From assembly GCA_945867285.1 (NCBI GenBank), contig CAMBHX010000001.1, positions 1-41,328 of the forward strand: a stretch of 41,328 nt of DNA. Direction: 5' to 3'. Shown here piece by piece: positions 11,013 through 20,182 of this stretch. Position 1 is the first letter of the stretch, and each line of letters begins with the position of its first letter. Both the position numbers and the translations under genes were made by a program. The stretch comes from Sulfuricurvum sp. IAE1. Its GTDB lineage: Bacteria; Campylobacterota; Campylobacteria; Campylobacterales; Sulfurimonadaceae. Under the pieces are notes generated by a model that saw only the letters and a list, made by a program, of their open reading frames with translations, was not told the origin of the DNA and did not search any database.

Positions 11013-12407
11013 GTGACTTTTTATACCCAGCAAAAAGAACGTTCACACCGTTTTGTGTTAGCGTTACGAATGGGGTTGCCTATCTTTTTGTTGAGTATTG
11101 TTTCTGTTTTTCTCTTAATTTTACAACCTGAGGCCTCTCTAACCTCATTTATTTTTCTCACTTTTATATTGTTGGCAATGGGAGTATATTATCTCTTTTT
11201 TTTAATCAACCAAAGCGCCTATGAAACAATAACCGATCCCTTAACCCACACCTTTACCAATGATTATTTTGAAAAATTGTTTTATTCATGGTATAGACAT
11301 AAAATACGAACCATAATGATGATAAGTGTAGATAACTTAACCTCCATTAATGAACAATATGGAGTTAAAAATGGAGATTTAGTTCTCAATGAAACCATAA
11401 AAACAATCAATGAGTTTTTTTTCTTAAAAGGGATAAAAAATCTCCCAATATGTCGCTATAAAGGTGGCGATATGATTGTGATGTTGCGTGGAGAAAAAAG
11501 TGAAAACAGCACTCTGTTAGAATTGTTTTTGGCTAAATATAAAAATACCTTAACCAAAGAGATAGAAGTGCATCTTTCGTGTGTATTAATGGATACTAAG
11601 GCTATTAAAAAATATGAAGAGATAGTAATTCGATTGTATGAACTTTTGTATGCTAACAAGGAAAAAGAAAATAATCCTGACATGGAAAGTGTATCGCCAG
11701 CTCAATTGGAAAAGTCCGTACTCAAGGCATTAGAGATGAAAAAACTCTCCATCGCTGCACAAAAAGTGTTTGGTGATCGAGATGTTTTTTATGAAACACA
11801 TTTTAAACTCATAGATGATAATGGAAACTTTATTCATCAAAGTCATTTTGTACCTTTACTGAATCGTTTGGGAAAAATACGACAATACGAAGAACTTATT
11901 TTAGAAAGCATTATCTCATTATCCGCGCAAGATGATAAAAAATATGCCATTATTTTCTCTGCAGCAACATTGCGAAATGGATTGTTTTTTAATACGGCAC
12001 TAGAATTGTTACAGCAGTTTCCAAAGGCTAAAAATAAACTTATTTTATTGTTTGATGAAAAAGAATATTTTCCTCAAATGAAACGATTTAGTGAACAACT
12101 AGGACAATATCGAGCAGTTGGCTATAAAATAGGGCTGGATAAATACGGCAGCAACCACAATACAATGATGTATCTCAAAGAATTTCATATCGATATAATA
12201 CGTTTTGATTCAGTTTATGCACGCCATATCAATGAAGAAAATTATCAAAACATTCTCCATGGACTTAATATTTCCGCCCATCTCTGCGGGGCATCTACGT
12301 GGATAGGAACATTGGAAAGTGAACAAAGTGATGTGTTGGCACAACAACTTAAAATCAATTATCGATCAGGAAACTATCTGGAAAAAGTTATTCCACTTTC
12401 GGAGTAA
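11013..12407 (+). CDS. Membrane-anchored degenerate GGDEF-EAL domain protein
   Basis: Two N-terminal TM helices, then TDPLT, INEQYG..NGD and RYKGGDM (degenerate GGDEF). EAL-like half has YETHF, IGLDKYG and IRFD. Confidence 0.75.
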   Translation: MTFYTQQKERSHRFVLALRMGLPIFLLSIVSVFLLILQPEASLTSFIFLTFILLAMGVYYLFFLINQSAYETITDPLTHTFTNDYFEKLFYSWYRHKIRTIMMISVDNLTSINEQYGVKNGDLVLNETIKTINEFFFLKGIKNLPICRYKGGDMIVMLRGEKSENSTLLELFLAKYKNTLTKEIEVHLSCVLMDTKAIKKYEEIVIRLYELLYANKEKENNPDMESVSPAQLEKSVLKALEMKKLSIAAQKVFGDRDVFYETHFKLIDDNGNFIHQSHFVPLLNRLGKIRQYEELILESIISLSAQDDKKYAIIFSAATLRNGLFFNTALELLQQFPKAKNKLILLFDEKEYFPQMKRFSEQLGQYRAVGYKIGLDKYGSNHNTMMYLKEFHIDIIRFDSVYARHINEENYQNILHGLNISAHLCGASTWIGTLESEQSDVLAQQLKINYRSGNYLEKVIPLSE

Positions 12408-12448
12408 TCATACGCATACAAAAATAAGGATAATGGTGTATCAAAATA

Positions 12449-12622
12449 ATGAGCCTTGGAAAAGTACTTATCGGAGTGTTTCAAGACAGTGTTGCACTCA
12501 AAAGATTGGCGGCTAAATACCCTACCGCGCAAAAGTTTTCACAAGCACGCGCCACTTCTATCTATAACGAGCTCATTAGGGGTGGTTTGAGCGAGAATCA
12601 AGTGCGTTTTGAGGTTATATAG
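12449..12622 (+). CDS. Possible 57-aa small protein
   Basis: Hand-translated ORF below the track cutoff: MSLGKVLIGVFQDSVALKRLAAKYPTAQKFSQARATSIYNELIRGGLSENQVRFEVI. It fills an otherwise empty gap; the SD is weak or distant. Confidence 0.4.
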   Translation: MSLGKVLIGVFQDSVALKRLAAKYPTAQKFSQARATSIYNELIRGGLSENQVRFEVI

Positions 12623-12658
12623 ATAAGAGAAGTGAAAAAACGCGTGTAGAGGCTGTAG

Positions 12659-13543
12659 TTAGTCCCGTCCTATAATATCAAAAATATTGACACCATCAGG
12701 AAGTTTGGTTGTCCCATCTCGGAAACTGCGAGTATTAGAAATAATGCGCTTGAAGTGTTTAGTCAGATGGAAGGCATCTGGGACGTTGGGTCTAAACCAA
12801 TCTCCTTTGGCACTAAAGAGCCAATCAATTCCCGATTTTATCTCTAAAATTGAATATCCCTGTACTTCATCAAGGTGTTGAATCTGACGTATCCATGCAC
12901 TCAACGATTTTTCAGTGTTTGGTTCTTGAAATTGTGGGTCAATAGATCCAAGCTTACGTATAAAATAGTGGGTCATCTCAATATGTTCTTGAGAAGGCTT
13001 GTCTTGACTGGTTGCTGGAAGTAGGAGGCGAGAATTTTGTGATATTTCTTTACGAAGCCATTTTTCAAATTCAGCATTCCAATCAAAAGAACGATGATTT
13101 TGGGTTCTCTGGTGAAGATGAAAGTCTTCAAAGATAGAGTGGCTAATTCCTTCACGATCACACGCCTCAAGAGCATATGTATGGAGATTCTCTAGGGTTT
13201 CGTTAGAGAGATTGATGTAATAGTTATTATCGCTATACTGTGAGCTAAGTGCTAACTGTGTGTATGAAGGGATAGAGGTAAGAGGGGCTAGGGCATACAA
13301 GCGCATGACCCCCTCATGTGTTTTTTCATGAACCATAATAAGGATGTTTTTAGCGATCAAATCGTCCAGTGCACTCACTACTTCACGTATGCTATGGCGC
13401 AGAATTTCGGATAAAAATGGTGCATTAAGGGTTTTTGGTTTCTCCCCCCAGATCAATGAATGACGTACAATAAGAGGAAGAAGGGCTCTCTGAAGCAAGG
13501 TAAGATCAGCACGATCAATAAAAGCTAGAGGTAGAGTTATCAT
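12659..13543 (-). CDS. Phage replication initiator/replisome organizer-like protein
   Basis: N-terminal wHTH-like segment, central FEDF..DWNAEFEKWLR motif (DnaT/DnaD-like) and C-terminal W..QI..L...GY...EI...IDW.....WF.PN.....L...F (lambda O C-terminal-like). The ATG at 13543 overlaps the upstream stop (ATGA). Confidence 0.6.
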   Translation of the reverse strand: MITLPLAFIDRADLTLLQRALLPLIVRHSLIWGEKPKTLNAPFLSEILRHSIREVVSALDDLIAKNILIMVHEKTHEGVMRLYALAPLTSIPSYTQLALSSQYSDNNYYINLSNETLENLHTYALEACDREGISHSIFEDFHLHQRTQNHRSFDWNAEFEKWLRKEISQNSRLLLPATSQDKPSQEHIEMTHYFIRKLGSIDPQFQEPNTEKSLSAWIRQIQHLDEVQGYSILEIKSGIDWLFSAKGDWFRPNVPDAFHLTKHFKRIISNTRSFRDGTTKLPDGVNIFDIIGRD

Positions 13544-14136
13544 CGGCACAGAACTTTTTGAGTAGCAGAGGAGATTGCGCTTTGCTGGGAATTTCGTTCA
13601 AGATCGAGAAGCTGTGAGAGATATATTTTAAAAACCTTGATTTCAAAAAGTCCACGATCGTCTGTTATATGATCATAAATCCATTTTTTGGTGAGAATTT
13701 TAACAACTTCAATATCGAGTGAATCCAAGAGATTTTGAGATAAATCAGGATGCTTAATGGTGCTAAATCGGACATTTTCAAACCGTTGAGAGGCACTTAT
13801 TTCTCCATCTTTGGTTTCACTAATTTGTCGTCGTAAATCGTACATCAAGGTGGTGAGTTTTTGGGTACGTCCGTGGGCTTCAATTTCGAGAGGTGAGCGT
13901 AAGTTTTCATAAAGCTCATGGGCCACAAGAGAAATTTTTTCAACACCTGTTTTGTAGGCAAAGTCTCCGCTGGAAAGCCGGCGTAAAAACTCACTGTAGC
14001 GTGATGCTGGAATAGGACGGATTAATTCATCAATATGAGAGCGTAAGAATACATCTTCATCGATTTTAAAATAATTCATCAGCGAACTGACAAACTGAGT
14101 ACGGATTTGGTCATCAGTGGGGACATACGGTTTCAT
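13540..14136 (-). CDS. Hypothetical protein translationally coupled to the initiator-like gene
   Basis: About 198-aa ORF (track start TTG 14142, ATG at 14136). Its stop overlaps the next start; no family recognised. Confidence 0.7.
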   Translation of the reverse strand: MKPYVPTDDQIRTQFVSSLMNYFKIDEDVFLRSHIDELIRPIPASRYSEFLRRLSSGDFAYKTGVEKISLVAHELYENLRSPLEIEAHGRTQKLTTLMYDLRRQISETKDGEISASQRFENVRFSTIKHPDLSQNLLDSLDIEVVKILTKKWIYDHITDDRGLFEIKVFKIYLSQLLDLERNSQQSAISSATQKVLCR

Positions 14137-14352
14137 ACTCAAAGTGTATCAAGAGTGAGCAAAAGAAGAGATAAAAGAGGGATATGATATTCATTGTTTA
14201 AATGGATTATCATGGGTATAGAAGTCGATTTAGGAGAGTAAGGAAAAATAGATTTTTTTTGAGCCTTTTAGAGGTGCGTAACACGAGTTTTTTCGCTAAA
14301 ATACGATGGGTGTTTAAGAACGTGCCCGTGATTTAAACTTCAAAGGCTCCTT

Positions 14353-15468
14353 GTGCTTACCATCAATTCTACTATCATTCCTAACGGCGATGCCGATTTG
14401 GGTGATAATCTTCTGTATTACGATTATAATATTAACCATCTCCTTTCACTTAAAAACCAAGGTATGACTATTGAGGACGAGGCATATCTTAGCTCGTTTA
14501 GATCGTTTGAGGGAGAGGTGTATGAAAATTATATCTACGAAAAATTGCTTCGATATGCTGCTAATGAACCTCAAATTAAGAGTTTTATCATAAAAGGCCC
14601 GCACAAAAGTCGTACGCATGCTCAAAAAGACACACTATCGGTGAGCTGGAAAGGTCAGATTGTCTATCGTGCACGCCACAAAGAGATAGGGGAGTTTGAC
14701 GGATTGTTGTTTACGGACAAAGAGCTTTATTTTATGGAGATGACACTGGTTAAATCCGCCACTAATCTCAAAAAGCGGTTACGAAAAAAACGGGCACTTT
14801 TAGAAGTGCTGTTTCCTCGTTACAATGTTCGTTCAGTGTTGGTGCTCAATGAGGGTGCTACAGGAACTAACGAGTTGCCTCCGTATGCTTCGGTATGGTT
14901 TACACAACCCTATAGCGCAGCACATTTGTTAGAAAAACTAGCCTCCAATGCTCCAAAAAAACCCATGGTCCGTGTTGAAAGTGACAAGATTACTCACGCC
15001 GAGGATATTAAAATCGCCTCATTTAAATACTATGCAACGTTGTCGTGGATAGCTCATTCGCTTCGTGCAAAAGGGTTGGTGGATTGGGATTTTTTCCGTA
15101 AAAACGATACGCAGCGTTACCATGATATTTATACTAAAATATATGTGGGCTATGTGAGTATTGAGGATTTTATGAAAATTGCTCCGACGTACAGTTTTGA
15201 GGGTTCGGGTGCCAAAAGAGTGATAGTGGGGATTGAAAAAGATCATGTTGGCGGCTATTTTATGACCTATTTTGCGCGACACAGTGCTAAAAAACTCGAT
15301 AATATTAGCCTGATTAACGGTGTGTTAAAAATAGAAAAAAAAGATCCTCTAGGCATTACACTTACTGAAATGAATCATTTGGATAAAATCATGAATGAAA
15401 AGTTTGCCCTTACGTACAATCAGCATAAAGAGGTTCGAAAAGAATTGGCAACCATTAAGCATAAATAA
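14353..15468 (+). CDS. Hypothetical protein with a PD-(D/E)XK nuclease-like fold
   Basis: 371-aa ORF. The pattern FEGEVYE...EIGEFDGLL...LYFMEMT resembles restriction-endonuclease-like motifs I-III. Confidence 0.55.
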   Translation: MLTINSTIIPNGDADLGDNLLYYDYNINHLLSLKNQGMTIEDEAYLSSFRSFEGEVYENYIYEKLLRYAANEPQIKSFIIKGPHKSRTHAQKDTLSVSWKGQIVYRARHKEIGEFDGLLFTDKELYFMEMTLVKSATNLKKRLRKKRALLEVLFPRYNVRSVLVLNEGATGTNELPPYASVWFTQPYSAAHLLEKLASNAPKKPMVRVESDKITHAEDIKIASFKYYATLSWIAHSLRAKGLVDWDFFRKNDTQRYHDIYTKIYVGYVSIEDFMKIAPTYSFEGSGAKRVIVGIEKDHVGGYFMTYFARHSAKKLDNISLINGVLKIEKKDPLGITLTEMNHLDKIMNEKFALTYNQHKEVRKELATIKHK

Positions 15469-15543
15469 AATGCTTTTGTTTACTCACAATTAGCCATTTT
15501 TCTCGTATACTTCTAGATATTATAAAGTATAAGGAAGTTGAAT

Positions 15544-16002
15544 ATGAAAAAAATTGTTGCATGTGCTCTTTTGGCAATGTCGTTGATGTCTGCTCCCTAT
15601 AAAATTGGTCAGTCAGTTTCTCCATTGAGTTTGAGTGACCAACATGGGAAAAAAGTGACTATGAAAGTGATGCCAAAAACGCTTGTAATGGCATTTGAAA
15701 AAGAGACTGGGGCTACGGTCAACGAATTTTTATTGGCTTCGGGAAAAGAGTATTTGAAAAAGAACAGTGCAGGGTTCGTTGCGGATATCTCTCAAATGCC
15801 CAACTTTATTACTGAAACATTTGCCTTGCCTAAAATGCGTAAATATCCCCATACTGTTTTGTTGATTCGAGACGAAGAGCAAGGATTGCGTTTTCCTATA
15901 CAGGAGGATAAAATTACGGTAATGAAATTTCGGGGCAATTTTTTGACACAAATAGAGTTTGTCGAAACAGCGGCAGAGCTTAAAGCGGCGATTGAAAAGT
16001 GA
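15544..16002 (+). CDS. Secreted redoxin/thioredoxin-like fold protein without CxxC
   Basis: Signal peptide MKKIVACALLAMSLMSA, then YKIGQSVSPLSLSDQHGKKV, typical of AhpC/TSA N-termini. No Cys in the mature part. Confidence 0.6.
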   Translation: MKKIVACALLAMSLMSAPYKIGQSVSPLSLSDQHGKKVTMKVMPKTLVMAFEKETGATVNEFLLASGKEYLKKNSAGFVADISQMPNFITETFALPKMRKYPHTVLLIRDEEQGLRFPIQEDKITVMKFRGNFLTQIEFVETAAELKAAIEK

Positions 16003-17078
16003 TTATTGCTCTTAAGGCGTTACGTAAAAATCGTTTTAAAACAGCGCTTATTTTTATGAGTATGACCGTTTCTATCTCGATGATTTTTCTCATTAGTGCC
16101 ATTTCAGGTGGCGTGGTGAGCATGTACAGTTCGATGCTTAAGACCGATGGGGATATTATTGTCACTCAAAAAGGGATTGCTGATACTTTTTTTAGTGATA
16201 TTAACCGCTCCATGAGTGATGTTGTTGCCACGTTTACAGGAGTTAAAGAGTCCAGTGCTTTGATACTGGGGGCGTCACCTGTAGACAAGCTCCCCATTGT
16301 TGCTATTTATGGTGTTAGTGACAATCGATATGATAGCTATACACTCTCGTCGGGAGTCTATCCCAGATCCGGCGAGGTGATACTGGGGTCCAAGATATAT
16401 GAGTCGCTCAAATCTCCCAAAAGCATAGTGGTCTCCAAAAAAACTTTTGCGGTGAGTGGTGTGTTCAAAAGTCGTATTGGATTTGAGGACGGTGGTGTCG
16501 TGATGGGCTTGGACGATGCTGGGGAATTGTTTCACAAAAGCGCCTCTATTTTCTTGATCTCTTTGGATGATTTAGGTCAAAGTAGTGCAGTAGTGGCAAA
16601 AATAAACGCTCTTGATGGAGATATTGAGGCCAAGACGACGGATAGCTTCATCGATTCCTATAATCAGTTCAAAATCATTAAAACCAGTTCTGATGTGATT
16701 GGAGCAATGGCATTTTTAATGGGAATTTTGGGGATTGTGAGCATGATGAGTATGGTGGTCAATGAACGAAAATCGGAATTTGGAATTATGCGCTCATTGG
16801 GATTGTCATCGTGGAGCATCATAGGTAAGCTGGTAGTTGAAACGCTTGTTGTGGCGCTTTTGGCATTTGCAGTGGCGCTAGGAGTATCGTTGGGAGTCTT
16901 GGAAATAATTGAGCATGTGGATAAGTTTCAGGGATATATCAATGGTGAAATAAGTTTTGCCTTAGTGCTCAATGTATTTATAGTGTCATTGCTCATGGCG
17001 GTTGTAGGGACATTGTTGCCTGCCTTATATGCGTCACGCATTGATCCCATGACGCTCATCGTGAGGGGTGGGGCATGA
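15999..17078 (+). CDS. ABC transporter permease, MacB/FtsX family
   Basis: One TM, a large periplasmic domain, then three TMs. Motifs VNERKSEFGIMRSLG and LPALYASRIDP. Confidence 0.9.
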   Translation: MIIALKALRKNRFKTALIFMSMTVSISMIFLISAISGGVVSMYSSMLKTDGDIIVTQKGIADTFFSDINRSMSDVVATFTGVKESSALILGASPVDKLPIVAIYGVSDNRYDSYTLSSGVYPRSGEVILGSKIYESLKSPKSIVVSKKTFAVSGVFKSRIGFEDGGVVMGLDDAGELFHKSASIFLISLDDLGQSSAVVAKINALDGDIEAKTTDSFIDSYNQFKIIKTSSDVIGAMAFLMGILGIVSMMSMVVNERKSEFGIMRSLGLSSWSIIGKLVVETLVVALLAFAVALGVSLGVLEIIEHVDKFQGYINGEISFALVLNVFIVSLLMAVVGTLLPALYASRIDPMTLIVRGGA

Positions 17079-17710
17079 AAATCACGGCAAACCATTTGAC
17101 TCATTATTATGGTGATGAGTGTGTACTTAATGACGTGACACTTTCTCTAGAATCGGGTAAATTTGTAGCCATCATCGGAGAGAGTGGGAGTGGAAAAACG
17201 ACATTGCTTTCTATTTTGTCTACATTACTAAATCCTACAAGCGGTGAGGTGTTTTTTGATGATAAAACAGTGGCGCAATGGGGAAATATTGATGAGTTTC
17301 GACGCAAAAAAATCGGTTTTGTGTTTCAGTTTCACTATCTCATCTCTTATTTGACATTGCGTGAAAATATAGCATTAGGGGCAATGGAGCCCAGTGCTAT
17401 CGAGCCTTTGATGGAGGCTCTGGGGATTGAAAAGCTCTCACGTCGATACAGTGATGAGGTGTCAGGAGGGCAGCGGCAGCGCGCAGCGATCGCTAGAGCG
17501 CTGGTTAATGCCCCTGGTGTTGTTTTTGCGGATGAGCCTACGGGCAATCTGGACACAAAAAATGCTATTATGGTTTATGAGCTTTTTAAGCGTTTTGCTA
17601 CCGAAGGGACAGGATTTGTGGTAGCGTCCCATGATAAAAAAATTGCTGAATATGCAGACATAATCATTGAGATGGAGGATGGAAAAATTGTCAAAATTTC
17701 TCGAAAATAA
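17075..17710 (+). CDS. ABC transporter ATP-binding protein, LolD/MacB-like
   Basis: Motifs GESGSGKTT, IGFVFQFH, VSGGQRQR and FADEPTGNLD. Confidence 0.95.
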   Translation: MKITANHLTHYYGDECVLNDVTLSLESGKFVAIIGESGSGKTTLLSILSTLLNPTSGEVFFDDKTVAQWGNIDEFRRKKIGFVFQFHYLISYLTLRENIALGAMEPSAIEPLMEALGIEKLSRRYSDEVSGGQRQRAAIARALVNAPGVVFADEPTGNLDTKNAIMVYELFKRFATEGTGFVVASHDKKIAEYADIIIEMEDGKIVKISRK

Positions 17711-19229
17711 TCTCTCGCTTTTACTGTTTTGGCTCATTCTAGGATTGGGGGCTGGCTTTTTATTTGGTGGTCAAATGGTTGGGCTTGATAGTTCAATGAG
17801 TCTTTTAAGTCCTGATCGTGCTCGCTCGCTGCATATTTCACAGATGTTGTATGGCACTATCCCCCTCATCCTCTCGCTGTTGCCGTTTGCGCTGTTTGAA
17901 AAAGAGGGGGTTTTGAGTGACAAAGGATTACGACACTTGGGACGTTATTTTGTCGTATGGAACGTGTTTTTACTCTTTATGAGCATGGCAATACTGTTTG
18001 GCAATACCCGTGGATTACCATTTTATGACTTTCCGTATCAACTCAATTTTTTACTGGCATTTAGCGGTGTTTTTTATCTTTTGGCACTATTGGATGCCTT
18101 GCGTCGTTATAGTAAACGTCCTGTATGGGTAAATGTATCGCTTTTGGCAGTTATTGCGGCACCCATCGCTCTGATAGTGCTCATGAATCCTCAATATGGC
18201 CAAGTGGAAAAAACGCTTATAGGACCTCATGGGGACAACACACTTGGGATGAGTTTTACCCTTATCCCCATTTATTATTTGCTTATCAAACTGCACGCAA
18301 CGAAGCTTTTTATTCCTCGTCATCATTGGCTTTGGATTGTCCCTTTGGTGGGGTATGGTGCATCGTTGATTACGCGCAACTTTTTTCATAGCCTTAGTTA
18401 TAACGAAGAGTGGTTTTATCAGTATCTCACCTTTTTGTATGTGCCATTGTTGTGGGTATGGTTGCGAGATGCAGGTGTGACACTCAAAAATAGCCCCTTC
18501 TTGGTGCTCTCTGTTTTGGCGTTTGTATTTGTGGATATTCAAGGCAATATCCTTTTTGTCCCACAGCTTCGAGAGTTGATCCATCGTAATGATTTGGTCG
18601 TAGGACATGCTCATATCGCCATGGGATTGGGTGTAGCATTTATGGCATTTTCGATTGCACAACACCTGTTGCCCAAAGTTTTTAATACAATGATGGCGTG
18701 GGGTTGGACCATTCTCATGGTTTTCATGGCTGGGGTTTTGAGCGTAGCGGGACTCATAGAGGCTGGGATGGTGAGTGGAGATGTAAACGGATGGCTCATT
18801 GGCCGGGTTGTTTTTGGATTTGCGCTGGTAATGCTGGTTATAAAAGTGCTGGTTTTCAATGTCATTCAAAGCGCTAAAACATTAATGCCCTTGCAGATGT
18901 ATCATTGGGCAGGATTTTTAGGGGATGCTCTTGGTGGTTTGATGCTTCTGCTCTTGGGTGGATGGCTCTTTGGGATGTTAGGATTTACGTTTAGTGGAAC
19001 CTATGAATACGTCATATTTGCATTTGTGATCGGTACGGGGATGATTCATTGGTATGGATTACATGACCATGAACACATCATGGCATCGTTAAGTGCACTT
19101 ATACGCTTTGTGGTTGCGAGCGCATTTGCGGCCCTCTTTATGGCAGGGATTTTGGACGAGTTGGCACTTTTGATTGCAGTGTATGATGCCTCGTTTGCGA
19201 TGATCTATTTTTTGTGGTTGCGTAAATGA
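17679..19229 (+). CDS. Divergent heme-copper oxidase subunit I-like (cbb3/NorB-related) membrane protein
   Basis: RARSLH (helix II heme His), GNTRGLPFYDFP, and HRNDLVVGHAH (helix X heme His pair). The helix VII His-His is absent at its canonical place, and there is an extra C-terminal TM block. Start uncertain (17667/17679/17688). Confidence 0.7.
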   Translation: MEKLSKFLENNLSLLLFWLILGLGAGFLFGGQMVGLDSSMSLLSPDRARSLHISQMLYGTIPLILSLLPFALFEKEGVLSDKGLRHLGRYFVVWNVFLLFMSMAILFGNTRGLPFYDFPYQLNFLLAFSGVFYLLALLDALRRYSKRPVWVNVSLLAVIAAPIALIVLMNPQYGQVEKTLIGPHGDNTLGMSFTLIPIYYLLIKLHATKLFIPRHHWLWIVPLVGYGASLITRNFFHSLSYNEEWFYQYLTFLYVPLLWVWLRDAGVTLKNSPFLVLSVLAFVFVDIQGNILFVPQLRELIHRNDLVVGHAHIAMGLGVAFMAFSIAQHLLPKVFNTMMAWGWTILMVFMAGVLSVAGLIEAGMVSGDVNGWLIGRVVFGFALVMLVIKVLVFNVIQSAKTLMPLQMYHWAGFLGDALGGLMLLLLGGWLFGMLGFTFSGTYEYVIFAFVIGTGMIHWYGLHDHEHIMASLSALIRFVVASAFAALFMAGILDELALLIAVYDASFAMIYFLWLRK

Positions 19230-20182
19230 ATCTGCTCGTTTTGGTGTTAAGTTCACAACTGTTATATTATCTTCTCATCGCTCAAACGGGAGTCGTGGGG
19301 GCGTTTGATTCTCATATCCATGATTTGTATCCACTCCCTATTGGTGGTATTGTGGGGGCAATGCTCTGTGCGTATTGGAAGCATCACGGGATTAAGGTGG
19401 AACTCTATTTTTTATTTGTGGCTCAAGTGATGGTGTCGTGGTTTTATCCCAACTATTCACTGGGGATGATTTTTGTGTTAGGGTTTGTAGTAGGATACAC
19501 TACGCCACTTTTATTGTTTGCGTTTAGGGAGCAAGGGGTTGCAAAGCTCTCCATCGGATTGGCCATTGCTTACGCTATAGGAACGGCGTTATACACATAT
19601 CCGTATGGGAGTAGAGGCAGTATTGCCGTTATTTTGCCGTTTGTATCAATTATCACTTTGTATTTCTCCACTCTTGGGGATATGAGAGCTCGCAAGGAGC
19701 CTCCATTGCGTTGGTCCATGATTGCGATGATGATGCTATGGATTTTTGCCGATTCAGCGCTGTTTGAGACGTTGAGTAGATCGGGCGCAATGGATATTTG
19801 GAGTCAACATACTCTTTTGATTATTGTTGCACATTTATTGGGAGTTCATTTGGCATATCTGTACGGTAAACCATTGATGCGAAGCGGTTGGACGATTTTT
19901 GGATTATTTGTTGGCAGTTATGCGGCATACTATACCCATCAACCTTTGTTACTAGCTATTGTCTATCCGATCGCAATTTCGTATTATAATGTGTTGGTAT
20001 TTCGAGAATTGATACAAATGAAGAGCGTTCGAGCTATCGCTATTGCTATGATAGGGGTTGGGTGGATTGCTGCATCGGCAGCAAACTTTATTGCATTAGA
20101 GCACTATTTGTGGTTGTCGGGTATTGTTGGTGCGATGTTTTTGGTGGGTTATCCATATTATTTAAGGAGAGTGAGCGTATGA
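19226..20182 (+). CDS. Polytopic membrane protein of unknown function
   Basis: 318 aa, almost entirely hydrophobic helices. ATGA overlaps at both ends. Confidence 0.75.
   Translation: MNLLVLVLSSQLLYYLLIAQTGVVGAFDSHIHDLYPLPIGGIVGAMLCAYWKHHGIKVELYFLFVAQVMVSWFYPNYSLGMIFVLGFVVGYTTPLLLFAFREQGVAKLSIGLAIAYAIGTALYTYPYGSRGSIAVILPFVSIITLYFSTLGDMRARKEPPLRWSMIAMMMLWIFADSALFETLSRSGAMDIWSQHTLLIIVAHLLGVHLAYLYGKPLMRSGWTIFGLFVGSYAAYYTHQPLLLAIVYPIAISYYNVLVFRELIQMKSVRAIAIAMIGVGWIAASAANFIALEHYLWLSGIVGAMFLVGYPYYLRRVSV

Noticed and set aside
12319-12516. 65-aa track ORF
   Set aside because: It overlaps the GGDEF-EAL gene and has no recognisable features; the 12449-12622 frame looks more protein-like.
18087-18869. 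260-aa minus-strand ORF
   Set aside because: Antisense shadow of a hydrophobic membrane-protein gene, which explains its H/Q/K/N-rich composition.
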